Shown piece by piece: positions 1 through 13,300 of a stretch of 64,000 nucleotides of DNA (its first letter is position 1; the number at the start of each line of letters is the position of its first letter). This stretch comes from Blepharisma stoltei ATCC 30299 (Eukaryota; Protista; Ciliophora). Under the pieces are notes generated by a model, which saw only the letters and a list, made by a program, of their open reading frames with translations, searched no databases and had not been told where the DNA came from. The position numbers and the translations under genes are program-made. The stretch is from positions 1 to 64,000 of the forward strand of contig CBFDEM010000020.1 of the NCBI GenBank assembly GCA_965603825.1. The letters are read 5' to 3'.

Positions 1-864
1 TAACACCCTAACACCCTAACACCCTAACACCCTAACACCCTAACACCCTAACACCCTAACACCCTAACACCCTAACACCCTAACACCCTAACACCCCTAA
101 CACCCTAACACCCTAACACCCTAACACCCTAACACCCTAACACCCTAACACCCTAACACCCTAACACCCTAACACCCTAACACCCTAACACCCTAACACC
201 CTAACACCCTAACACCCTAACACCCTAACACCCTAACACCCTAACACCCTAACACCCTACACCCTACACCCTAACACCCTAACACCCTAACACCCTAACA
301 CCCTAACACCCTAACACCCTACACCCTAACACCCTAACACCCTAACACCCTAACACCCTAACACCCTAACACCCTAACACCCTAACACCCTAACACCCTA
401 ACACCCCAACACCCTAACACCCTAACACCCTAACACCCTAACACCCTAACACCCTAACACCCTAACACCCTAACACCCTAACACCCTAACACCCTAACAC
501 CCTAACACCCTAACACCCTAACACCCTAACACCCTAACACCCTAACACCCTAACACCCTAACACCCTAACACCCTAACACCCTAACACCCTAACACCCTA
601 ACACCCTAACACCCTAACACCCTAACACCCTAACACCCTAACACCCTAACACCCTAACACCCTAACACCCTAACCTAACACCCTAACACCTAACACCCTA
701 ACACCCTAACACCCTAACACCCTAACACCCTAACACCCTAACACCCTAACACCCTAACACCCTAACCCTAACACCCTAACACCCTAACACCCTAACACCC
801 TAACACCCTAACACCCTAACACCCTAACACCCTAACACCCTAACACCCTAACACCCTAACACCC
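1..864 (+). repeat. Telomere, (CCCTAACA)n
   Basis: About 108 tandem copies of the 8-mer from base 1, C-rich strand at the 5' end, with an abrupt switch to unique AT-rich DNA at 865. CCCTAACA is the known heterotrich (Stentor/Blepharisma) telomeric unit. Confidence 0.99.
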
Positions 865-1079
865 AAGAATAAAATTATTATTAATTATGCAAACAGTGGA
901 AAATGCTAAGGAAATTTAAGATTATTATATAATTATTATAATGATGACTTATTAGAATCAAATTTTTTTCTAAATATGCATTTTTTGGAGTAGTTCAATA
1001 CGGTCTTGGCCTAATGCGTCGTTAATAAAATTGATATCCTCCGTAGAAAGGTTCCATTCAATTGAGCCAAGCTGAAAAT

Positions 1080-1500
1080 GCTAATAGGTGTGCTTTCAAA
1101 TTTACTTCCTAATTGCAAATATTTACAAAAATTAGGGTATCGTCATGCTCTTTCTTTGAGCAAATTCCAGTGGTATCAGTCTGCTCTGCATACTATCACT
1201 TCTTTTCCTTCCTCCAGCTTCTTCTTTATATATTCTTCATACTTTTCACCGTACAGCAACACTTGCATTAGTCCTATTCCTCTTCAGTCTAAGCCCATTT
1301 TTTCTAGTTGCATCAGAAGTTCAGTTCTAACATGATTGTATCTTGTATATTCTGTTAATAAATGCTCTTTAGTATCGTGCAGGTTGCACAGGTGACACTG
1401 TCCATCCTGCATCTGGTGTCTAAGTTGTGCATTGGCAGTCCTCATAATAATATAAGCAATCTTTATTACTGCATTCCGGTTTATATATTTCATTTTGAAT
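1080..1500 (-). mobile_element. Degenerate non-LTR (LINE-like) retrotransposon ORF2 C-terminal relic
   Basis: With TGA=W the minus frame reads RTANAQLRHQ..GQCHLCNLHDTKEHLLTEYTRYNHVRTELL..DWRGIGLMQVLLYG. This matches the RTGH..L / CxxC-x4-T-x2-HLL-x2-C-x2-Y-x3-R tail of LINE ORF2, with the last Cys changed to Tyr. No intact RT core is seen. Boundaries are approximate. Confidence 0.55.
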
Positions 1501-2216
1501 CATTATTGGAAAAAACCATCAATATGCCCCACAATAATGATTATCAATTCAGAATCCCAATTATTACAGGCTCCATCTCAATTACCATTTCATAGTATAT
1601 TAATTAAGCAGCCAGGACCGCAAGTGCAATCTCCTCCAGTCAAAGCCACAATTTTGAGTGTTGAAAGAATCGTCACATATGCCATTTCAAAGGTTTTCTG
1701 GCAACAGCAATCGAATTAATGCAAATCTTATAGTAATCAGAGCTTTTTTCGATATTTTGCCTGCCAAATATAATTAAAGTATCAAAGTTGGAAGATGGAT
1801 TCATGTATTCAGAATCACATTTGTGATTGCCTTTCTAAATTAAAATTACTCTGATATCTGGGCATTAAGTTTGACTGCATATAAGGTTTATGCCTTTAGC
1901 CAGTCATAGAACTAGCTATATAATTCATTTATTTATATTTTTGAATTACATAAAATTACATTATATCCTAATCAAGGTTCAGACTTATTCTCTGAAAAAT
2001 TAAGAATTAGCATTCTCACAGTAAATAATTCTATCTTTAAATTGTCAAAAATAGTCATTAATTATAATTTATTTTCCTCGATAAAGGCATCAAAATCGCA
2101 TAGAGACTGATTTCTTTCAAGAAATCGATAGACATTTTTAATTTTACCTAATAAATCTGCTCTTAGCCCTTCAATCCTTTATATTAAAACCCATTAATTA
2201 TCTCGATATTCTTCAT

Positions 2217-2525
2217 CTAAAACAAATTATTATTCTTATTAGCTAAGTATATAATCATTTCTCTTAAGAATTTCTTAAACTCATCCATATAAACCCTGCT
2301 ATCACTATTTTCATCAATTTCAACAAAAATTTCATCTAAATCTGTATCACTTATGGGCAGCTCAATCTCATCTGAAACTTCCTGAAATAAGGATCTTATA
2401 TCTCCTTTGGCTAAATATCCCCTTCTATTAGCATCTAGTCTTTCAAACGCAATTTTTGCCAATAAGCCCAATTTCTCTTCATCCTCAGCAATCTTTCTCA
2501 TTTCTTCTAAATCAAAAGCCATCAT
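2217..2525 (-). CDS. Small two-EF-hand calcium-binding protein (102 aa)
   Basis: EF-hand loops DANRRGYLAKGD and DENSDSRVYMDE; intact ATG to TAG. Confidence 0.85.
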   Translation of the reverse strand: MMAFDLEEMRKIAEDEEKLGLLAKIAFERLDANRRGYLAKGDIRSLFQEVSDEIELPISDTDLDEIFVEIDENSDSRVYMDEFKKFLREMIIYLANKNNNLF

Positions 2526-4617
2526 CTTTTTATGATAAATTTATATATTATTAGGTAATTAATTAATATTTTGTTTTATTAGTTTCCTTATTTTATTTGA
2601 AATCATTACTTATATACAGTATCTTCGCATATGAGAGCCCTAATATCAACTATTTAATATCTAACAGGAATTGTAGTTTTTCATATAGCAGCCAAAGTGT
2701 CAAAACTTTCATATTCTAAGCTTAATTCATAAGGGATCAGATTAGGAGCTGAATGATAGTTATGATAAGGAAATCGACGGCTATGTGGGGCTTATCCATC
2801 ACTCTTGAAGGCTTTAATTTAAAAGCAGCTTATCTTCAATGATAATCCTAAAATATATTTATTTAGTCAAATTCATCTATCATCTAATTAATGCTAAATC
2901 TCTCAAATTGCAGCACTAAAATCATAATATGTTTAGTCTTATTAGTAAGCATTATTTTATATTACTTCTTAAAATTGTTGCTTAAACTAAATTATATCTT
3001 CATCTAGTTCCACTAGACGCCTGCTGTTCTGCTCTCCCATTGCTCCTCATAAATTAGGCATGCGCATTACTATTAAAGAGATAACTAGGCAACATTTGCA
3101 CGTCAATGCTTCATCCAAAATTGGCTCATTGGGCTTCTAGGTTTTTCTAAACAGAGTGTAGCTGAATTTGGAATGCCCTAAAATGGACTTTTGGAATCTT
3201 AAAGATGTAAAGCAGTCAAGCATAGAACTCCATTACTTACTCTCTCTGGCTTACGGCCAAACAAGGTCCCTACTAATGCAAGATTAGAAGCTTGAAAAGT
3301 TTCCATAATAGCCATTTTACATGTATCATGCTCGAGCCATTAGAAATAGTGAGCCTACCAATATTCAACAATAAGGTCTTCATGTCTTGAAGCCTAACGA
3401 CAATAGATGCTAAGGGGGTGTCTCATTGTCTCACTATTTTAATTTATCATCCCTAAGCTATCCATTTTGTAGCTTATCATTCTGGGAAATAGATCCCATA
3501 AATATTGTAAATACTCAATAGCAAACTTTCAAAATAAAAATCCAGATTTATATAACGAGTTCAAAAGAAGCCTTGATGAAGGAGAAATTCTGATTTTAAA
3601 ATCAATAATTAAAGATTAAATAATAGATGAGTGGGTTATTTAATAATATAGTAGTAAATAAGGGGATAAGAGTCAAATTAAGTCGAAAATACATTATAAT
3701 CATTTGAAATATTTAGATGCAAAAAAATTATAAGTAACATATAAAATATTTTTATTTTGTTTTTCCAAAATGTTTTTTCTTGCTCTTGATTATGCTAATG
3801 CACATAATTCATTGCTAGAATTTTGAATCTTTATATTGTTGGGGTTAAAATTCAATTAGTAAATCCTTCCAATAAGCAAGTCTAGTCAAAATGCAATAGG
3901 CATGATTTGCACTTTTCCATCTATGCTAGCTTCAAAAAGATGTAATGGTAATTCAATATTTTTATTATTTAGATAGGGTTTAAGATTTAAGGCTAAATCT
4001 ATGATGAGGATTTTACATCAATTATGCATAATTTTTAAATTATATTAAAATTAACACATAGGATTATTAAATTCTTTTAAAAATTAACTCGGTTTATTAT
4101 GCCTTAACCCTAAATATTCTTGAAATTGAATTTCCTAATTTGCTAGAGTTTTATTTATTTCATTTTTATATTATAGTGCTTAGATAAAAATTTCTATTTG
4201 ACGTAAAAGACCCTGATAAATGTATATATTTTTCGCCATTATAAATTACCGATTTTATGCTGATCTTGCCCGAACTGCTTCATCTTATAAAAATTTATTT
4301 TAAAAATCTCAATAAGCCTTATAGATCTTAAATTTTTCAAACTATTATTGAGACTTGGTATTTTTGCTGTCACCAACTTTGGCAGAAATTGATAAAATGC
4401 TTTTATAATTCTAAAGTGACTTCTGAGCACAATATTTTCGGGTAGCCCGCTGGGAACTTCAGCAATCTTTATCTTATTATCGAGCTGCAACAGCAGCCAA
4501 GCCATCCAATTGGATCTTCTTTTAATCAACTAGTAATTTTTGTCTGCATCATCTTGATCCTCCTATTATCCATGTGTTAGTCCTAATCTTCTTGAGAAGA
4601 TGTGGCCATTATAAAAA

Positions 4618-7600
4618 ATGAAAGCAAGTATTAGGCTTTTCTCTACATTTCTTCTTAGCTTCGCTTTTTCTATTACAAGCAAAATCCCAAGTTTTATCGA
4701 TCCTTCTTTTCTTTCTCCATTAAAACTCGTCCAAGAAGAACTTCAAATTGACTACATTATTGATGCTAAAAGCGACTTTGATGAAATCTCAAAGCAATTT
4801 CTCACAGAACTTCTAGAAAATTCCATTCAAGTTGTATCCTACCTTCTTCAAGATGCTCAAGCAACTATATCGCCATCTGCATCCAACAGCTCATTTTGTC
4901 CTGAAATTGAATGAATAGCCTATTCAGAGAATTTTCATTCAGATATCATTTTGCTTATTGCAAATGATAAAAAATCAAGATATCCGTTAAGTTTTGAAGA
5001 CTGCTCTTCAGATCTTTATCCTGCAAAACTTGGGCTTATAAAGGTAAACATGCCTCTACTTCTTGCCGAAAATGACATCTCAACAATTTATACAATAGTT
5101 GAGAGCTTATCAAAGGCTTACCTTGGAAATGCTGAAATTCTTGAGAAGCTTGATGAGATATTTAATTCAAACTTGGGTGCTTCTTGCACTATAGCATGCA
5201 AAGTTTGCAATACCAATACAGGTTCATGTGTTACATGCTATGACTCTGCTCATATGAAAATAAAAAATGGGGTTTGTTATTGCTCTGACCCGAACGCAAT
5301 ATATTTCTCCCCAACAAACTCTTGTGTATGCAAGAATGGCTACTATTTAAATAGCACAAGCTTGTGTACACCATGTCCTGCAATTTGTGCCTCTTGCTCA
5401 AGCTCAACAAACTGCTTATCCTGCATAAACCCTACCCAAATGACTCTTTATAATAACTGATGCTATTGCTCATTTCCTGAAGGATCAGTCTTTAATTCTA
5501 CTTTAAATATTTGTAATTGTCCCGATGGTACATGGACTTATGGAGATGCATGCCAAGCATGCAATGCAACTTGCAGCTCTTGCATTAATCTGGATACTTG
5601 CACATCATGCAGTGATTCTGCTAATATGAATTTAATTGGAGGAATTTGCAGCTGCAAAGATCCAAATGCCATTTTTAACGAAACATTAGGACTCTGTAAA
5701 TGTGAAGAAGGATATTACATGGAAAATGCAATTTGTAATGCATGTCAACCACCATGTGAAACATGCAGCAATGCAACTTTTTGCAATTCGTGCATCATAT
5801 CAAGCATGCCTTTAATTGGTGGCAACTGCACTTGTCCTGCAAATACTACATTCAGCAAATCTGAAGACAGCTGTGTTTGCGATATTGGAATGTTTTTAAA
5901 TAGTGACCAAGTTTGTGAGCCTTGTCTACCAGAATGTGCTACTTGCAATAATGCAACATCATGCTTAACTTGTATTGACCCAGATTTTATGACAATTGAA
6001 AATGGCATTTGCTATTGCAATTCTCAGGGAAGCTTTAATACAACTACTCGAGAGTGTACTTGTCCTGCTGGACAGTTTAGAGAAGGTTCAACTTGTGCTT
6101 CATGTTCTAATACTGGGTGTGCTGCCTGCAAAAACGCAACATATTGTATATCTTGCTACACTACATCTTATGGTGGGTATTTTAATTATGAACTGGTAAA
6201 CGGTGTTTGCGAATGCTCAGTCCCTAATTCCGTTCCACAAGGATATATGGGCTGTTATTGCTCTCAAGGTTATTATTATTATTATATGAATGGAAATAAA
6301 TGTACTGCTTGTCCAGCTACATGCCAATCATGTTACTATGACCCAGGCAATCCGACAAATAATTTTATAACTTGTAACAGTTGCATTTATCCAGGCATGA
6401 CTTATACCAATAGTCGCTTATGCCAATGCCCCAGCAATTCTTATTTCGTCACTCAATCTAAGTCTTGCCAGTGTAATGGAGGCTATTATAAGTATGTTTA
6501 CCCGCCGTGTACCCCCTGCTCTTTGCCTTGTAGGAACTGTAATTCTCCTACGAATTGCACTTCTTGTGCTCTTCCAAACCAAATGACTTTATCAAATAAT
6601 TATTGTACTTGCACCTCGCCAAGCAACTCTGTCTATAATTCAACTATGAATCAATGCACTTGCCCAGACCAGACATATCTTAACGGCACAACCTGTGATA
6701 ATTGCGCTGAAACTTGCATGAGCTGTGAGAGCAACACAGAATGCTTGGCATGCATAGACCCTGCTCACATGACGCTCGAAAGCAATGGGACCTGCACTTG
6801 TCCTGCAAACTCAACTTTTAAAGGAAACACTTGTGTTTGCAACAATGGTTATTTCTGGCTCTCTTCTGAATACGAGTGTGCGAAGTGCCAGCCTCCATGT
6901 CAGCAATGTAGTAATGAAACAACTTGCCTAAGCTGTTTGGACCCATATAACATGTATTTAAATAATGGAGAATGCTATTGTAGAGATCCACATGCAGTTT
7001 TCGATATCCATGAGAATGTATGTGTATGCTCTATTGGATATTTTATGAGTAATTCCCAGTGCTTTTCTTGTCCAGATACATGCTCATCATGTGAAAACAA
7101 TAATAACTGCACAAGCTGCGTTAATGAAAATCAGATGAGCTTGGTTAATGGATATTGCACTTGCACTGATCCAAGCAACTCTGTCTTTAATCCAGAACTT
7201 AGCCAATGTATTTGTCCAGGAAGGACATATTTGAATGGTACGAGCTGCAGCATTTGCCATGATACTTGTTATAGCTGCGAGAACAGTTCAGAGTGCTTGA
7301 CTTGCATAAACCCAGTTATGACACTTGAAAACAATGGGACTTGTATTTGCCCAGCAAACTCATATTTTATACAAGATGGATGCGAGTGCAAAAGCCAATT
7401 CTACTGAAATGGCGGTGAGTGTGAGGAATGCTATCAAACATGCCTAGAGTGTGAGGAATTTAATTTTTGCTCGAGCTGCATTGATCAAAATGGCATGATT
7501 TTAAATAATGGTCAATGCAGTTGCATAGATCCTCACGCATATTTTGATCCTCAAGAAAGCTTATGCTTATGCTCTGAGGGATATTTTATGATAGATTATG

Positions 7601-9597
7601 CATGTTGGGCTTGCCCAGAGACTTGCTCTACATGCGATAACAATACAAATTGCGCAAGCTGCATTGATGAAAATCATATGATTTTGGTTAATGGCACTTG
7701 CAGCTGCAGCGATCCAAATTCAACCTTCATTTCAAGTCAAAGAATGTGTGTCTGCAACCAAGGATATCAATATTGAAATAATGAATGCATAGAATGTCCT
7801 GTGGAATGCTCTTTATGCTCTGATAGTGATGTTTGCATTGAGTGTGCAAATTCAGAGGAAATGACCATCATATCGTCAGTATGTGTTTGTAACAAAAATA
7901 ATACAGTTTATAATCCATTGACAAACAGCTGTATTTGCAGACAGCAATATTATTATGATGGAGATGAGTGTGTAGCTTGCCAGTCTCCTATGTGTGATGT
8001 ATGTGAAAACGATAGATGCTTGTCGTGTATCGACCCTATTAATATGACTTTGGAATCTGGGATTTGCTACTGTAGAGATCAAAATTCATTTTTTAATACT
8101 TCTTCTAGCTGTTGCCAGTGTTTAAGCAATTATTTATCAAATTTAATTGGAAATGCTTTGCAATGCATCCCATTATCAAGCCCATGCAGAGAGTTTTCAG
8201 TGGATGGCATATGCTTGAAGTGTGCTGATAATAGTATGGAATTATATGAAGGCCAATGCTATTGCTTAGATCCTAATACTTCATATAATAAAAATAATCA
8301 AAACTGTACTTGCAATTTCGGTTATCAATTAACAACCTATAGTAAGCTTTGTCAGCCATGCGATAGCTATTTAAATGGAGGAATAATGGGTTGCATTAAT
8401 TGCAATAATGGCCAATGTTTAGAGTGCCAGAAAAATATGGTACTTTCTAATGGTGACTGCATTTGCAAAATTGGATTTGTATTAGACAATATTTTAGGCA
8501 CTTGTGTTTGTGCGCCAGGATTTTGAAATAGCACTGAATGCCCTTCTTGTGACTGTTATTCATGTTTTGCAAATGGAACTTGCTTGGAGCCTTGCGCTCA
8601 AGATTCCTTTTGGAATAATGGAGTCTGTAGTTGTAATAGCGGCTTTTATCAGTGCGGTGATAATCAATGCTGCAACTTGGATAGAACGTGCAGTATGTGA
8701 AATTCAAATAATTGCGGTGGCTGCAATGGAAAGATGTATCTATCTACTGATTTGGAATGCATATGTGGAGGCGGCAGTATTTATAGTCCTGAACTAAATG
8801 ATTGTGTATGCCCTCAAGGCGAGTACTACCTTAATACCGGGTTTTGCGATACTTGCACGCGCTATTGCAATAACTGCACAAATTCTGGGGAATGCATCTC
8901 ATGTCAAGCACCATTTTTCCTTCAAAACGAAACTTGTACCTGCGATCCTAACGCAATTCAATCATGAAATAACTGTATATGTAAGGATGGGTATTATACA
9001 GGCTCAGATTATTCATGCTTGCCGTGTCCTGAACATTGCGCAACTTGCATTTCATCTACCAAATGCACTTCCTGCAATGGCGATTTGTTGCTTGTTAATA
9101 ATAAATGCCTTTGCTCAGATATCAATGCTGTATATAACATTGAGGACGGTCAGTGCAAATGTGCAGCTGGGTATTATGGTAAAAGCTCTAAATGTGTTGC
9201 TTGCTTGGCGTCTTGCTATAATTGTTTGGATGATGGGACTACATGCACTTCTTGTGCTGATAAAAAGAATATGGTTTTAATTGGAGGAGTATGCAGTTGT
9301 GTTGACCCTAATGCGGTGTTTAACTCAACTACAATGAAGTGCGAGTGTCCAAATGGATATTATAACGGGATTTGCAATGGTTGTGGGTCAAGCTGTTCTC
9401 AATGCTCTAATAACAGATGCTACAGTTGTTATGACCCTGCTAATATGGTTTTGGTGGAAAACTCATGCACTTGCATAGACCCAAACTCATATTTTGTGGA
9501 ATGGGCAAAAATTTGCTCCTGCAATTCCGGGTTCTATTATAATGGGCAGATCTGCGCCCCATTTCCAGGTCTTATATTTAACAAGCAGATAAAATAA
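4618..9597 (+). CDS. Giant secreted Cys-rich (furin/EGF-like repeat) protein, 1659 aa, with a leishmanolysin-like N-terminal domain
   Basis: Seven track ORFs lie in one frame, separated only by TGA (4912, 5458, 7405, 7774, 8524, 8698, 8965); the gene ends TAA. It has a signal peptide, a ~170-aa Cys-poor head, then many ~45-aa CxxCxxxCxxC..CxxC..CxC..CxC modules. No C-terminal TM helix. Confidence 0.93.
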
Positions 9598-10356
9598 TTT
9601 AGATTCTTAAAAGCAGCCCTAAAAACTTAATAAAATTTGAAATTAAAAGTAATGCTATTGAAATTAGCAGGCTAACTATAAATTCATAAGAAGCGAAATT
9701 TTTAAAATTCTGAGATATTCATTTAGCATCGCCAGTGATTTAGAGTACAAAAACCTGCTCATTGTTTAGCACATAGTCTAAAAATTTGCCAAATTATCAA
9801 AGCTATAATTTTATAGCAAATAGCCCTATATAATCCTTTTTTGGGATAAATAAATGTACGAAAATCGCACTTTTCCTTATAATGGGATAAAGCATATGCA
9901 GGCTATCTTGTCAGTTCTGCTTCGATAAAAGAAAAATAAACTTTTTCTAAAAACCATATTTATCGAATTTATGCTTGTTTAGTTTAATTTCAGATACACT
10001 GTGTTAGCAGCATTATTTTTCTACTACATAAGATTTAGCTAATTTTTCTAGAAAATATTATATAATTGCACTCTCCATAATTTTTAGAAAATCAATAGCT
10101 TTATACTTTAATATTTTTAATTGCCGATCTTTCCCGAATATAAAGAAATTGCTTTATCCTAAACAATTCCATTTAAAAATTTTCACTAATCCTTGCATTT
10201 TCAAATTTTCTATAATTTCAGACAAGCATTTTTACCGTAGTCCATTTCAGATTTTATCTAAAATTTCAATAGGGTCAGAGCAATATTTTAATTTATTATG
10301 AATTTAAATGTCTTTCTTGTCCTTCTTGTTGTAATAAAGTGTGGCTATAATAAAAG

Positions 10357-13300
10357 ATGAAAGCAAGTCTTAGGCTTCTCTTCACAATTCTTTTTGGCCT
10401 TGTCTTCTCCAATTCCAGCAATTTATCAAACCCCATTGACTCCTCTTTTCTATCCGTACCAAAGTTCGGCTCAAAGCAGCTTACAATTGACTACTTCCTT
10501 GATGTTGATAGCGACTTTGATGAAATCTCAAAGCAGACCATCACAGAACTTCTAGAAAATTCCATTCAAGTGGCATCCTACCTTCTTCAAGAAATTCCTT
10601 CAGCAATATTGCCATCTACATCCAGAAATCCATTATGCCTTGAGTTCAACCAATTGACTTCGTCACAGATCTCATCTTCAGATATCATTTTGCTTGTTAC
10701 GAATGATAAAGAAACAAAAAAATCGTTAAGCTTTGAAGACTGCTCTTCAGCCACTTATCCTCAAAATTAGGGCTCATAAAGGTAAGCATGCCTCTGCTTC
10801 TAAAAGAAAATGATAACTCAACAATTTTCAAAGTTGTGGAGAATTTATCAAAGAATTACCTTGCAAATACCAATATTCTTGGGAAACTTGACAGTCTTTT
10901 TAATACCAATTTAGGGATTTCTTGCACTAGTTCATGCAAAGTTTGCGATTCAAGCTCAGGGGCATGTATTACATGCTATGACGCCACTCACATGGAAATA
11001 AAGAATGGGATTTGCTACTGTACTGATCCAAATGCAGCATTTTTCCCTCCAACAAATTTTGTGTGTGCATGAATGGCTATTACTTAAATAGTACCAATGT
11101 GTGCGCTCCATGCCCTACGATTTGTGCCTCATGTACAAGCTCAACAAGCTGCTTATCATGCATTAGTCCTACCGAAATGACCTTTTATAATAACTGATGC
11201 TATTGTACTAATCCTGAAGGGTCAGTATTTAATTCGACTTCAAAAAATTGCAATTGTCCTAATGGCACATGGAACGATGGACGATACTGTCAAGCATGCA
11301 ATGAAACTTGTAGCTCTTGCACTAACCAAGATACATGCACATCCTGCATTGACACAACAAATATGAACTTAATACAAGGAACTTGCAGCTGCAAGGATCC
11401 ATCCTCATCTTTAAACCCAGCATCAGGTCTCTGTGAATACCAAGCTGGGTATTATATGGAAAATTCAATTTGTTATGCCTGCCAACCTCCTTGCAAAACA
11501 TGCATTAATAGCACTTTTTGCAGTTCTTGCCTTGGCTCAAATATGACTTTAGCTGATGGCATCTGCTCTTGTCCTGCAAATTCTACATTTAGTTTGGCAG
11601 ATGGAGTTTGCCATTGCATCATTGGATATTTTTTAGATCAATCCCAAGTATGCCAGTCTTGCTTCCTAGGATGCGCTACTTGCAATGATTCGTCATGCTT
11701 AAGTTGTATGGATCCAGGTGCGATGACTATTCAGAATGGAGTCTGTAGTTGCAGATTTCCAGGAGCGCACTTCAATTCAACCACGAATAAGTGTGATTGT
11801 CCTGTTGGGATGTTTAGAAATGGATCAGAATGCTTTTCGTGCTCTGATGGGTGTTTATCATGCACAAGTGAAACAGAATGTTTATCTTGTTTTGAGCCAA
11901 GAGAGTTTGATTATCCATATACTTTGATAAGCGGCAGTTGCGAATGCCTTTATAATAACTCATTTTCTGATGGAAGTAATGGATGTTCCTGCTCAGAAGG
12001 GTACTACCTAACTCAAGATAAACTTCAGTGTTTGGATTGTCCAGATGGCTGCCTAACTTGCTCCTCTTTTAACGGCTTCTGTGGACAAAATCAAAGTGTA
12101 TGCTGCTTATCATGTGTTGATCCTCGAATGTTTATCAGTTCCAATGGCTTATGCCAATGTGGGCTATCGAATTCTTATTTCTCCTCTCAGTTAAAGTCTT
12201 GCCAGTGTAATGGAGGCTATTATTTGAGCAATGACACATGCAGCCTTTGCTCTTTGCCATGTGGAAACTGCACAACTGATCCCCTAAATTGTACTTCTTG
12301 TGCACTTCCTGGTCAAATGACTTTGCTAAATAACACTTGCTCATGCACCTCTCCAAGTAGCTCTATTTATGACTTGAAACTTAATGAATGCATTTGTCCA
12401 ACAGGGAAATATCTGAATAATACAAACTGCGACGTTTGTCCAGCAACCTGTATGAGCTGTGAGAGTAGTGCAAATTGCTTAAGTTGTGTAGACCCAATTC
12501 ATATGACAATTGGTAATAATGGGATTTGCACTTGTCCTAAAAACTCAACTTTTGACGGAAAAGCTTGCGTTTGCAATAATAATTATTTCTGACGTGGATT
12601 AGAGTGCACTTATTGCAAGTCACCATGCAATAAATGTGTAAGCCAAACTATTTGCCTAAGCTGTATGGATCCAAATAATTTTGCTTTGAAAAATGGAGAG
12701 TGTAGATGCAGAGATCCCAATGCACATTTTAATAACGTTGAAGACTTGTGTGTTTGCAATGATGGATACTTTATGGTAAATTCAGCATGTAGGGCTTGCC
12801 AAGTTACTTGCAGCACATGCGAAAATAGCATAGCCTGCACAGGCTGCATTGATAAAGATTATATGAACTTAATTAATGGTATCTGTGCTTGCAACGATAC
12901 TAATGCAAGTTTTATTTCGAGCCAAAAAAAGTGTGTGTGCAATCAAGGATATCAATTAGTTAATAGCGTGTGCATAGAATGCCCTGTGGAATATTCTGCA
13001 TGCTCTGCTAGTAATGTATGCACACAATGCGTAAATCCAGAAGAAATGACTGTCATATCAGTAGCTTGTATTTGCAATATAAATAATACGATTTATGATT
13101 CTTTTTCAAATAGCTGTTCTTGCAAAGAGAAATATTATTATGATGGAAATGAATGTGTTGCTTGCCAATCTCCTTTGTGCGCTAGATGTGAAAATAATAG
13201 ATGCTCATCGTGCAATTATCCTGTTAATATGGATCTAAGCTGTGGAATCTGCTCGTGTAGCGATCCAAATTCATATTTTAATACTTCATCAGGCCTTTGT

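Noticed and set aside
90-770. Variant telomere units (CCCCTAACA, CCCTACA, CCCCAACA, truncated units)
   Set aside because: Sparse small indels or substitutions that cannot be told apart from read errors or telomerase slips.
2990-3480. Relatively GC-rich patch, possible element relic
   Set aside because: No sustained frame or convincing motif on either strand by eye.
4239-4529. 96-aa minus-strand ORF
   Set aside because: Non-ATG start and no recognisable motif; it lies in the upstream region partly shared with the paralogue.
4618-9597. Apparent series of separate small Cys-rich genes, or a selenoprotein / UGA=Cys gene
   Set aside because: All pieces are in one frame, and the TGA codons align with TGG in the paralogue rather than with Cys positions.
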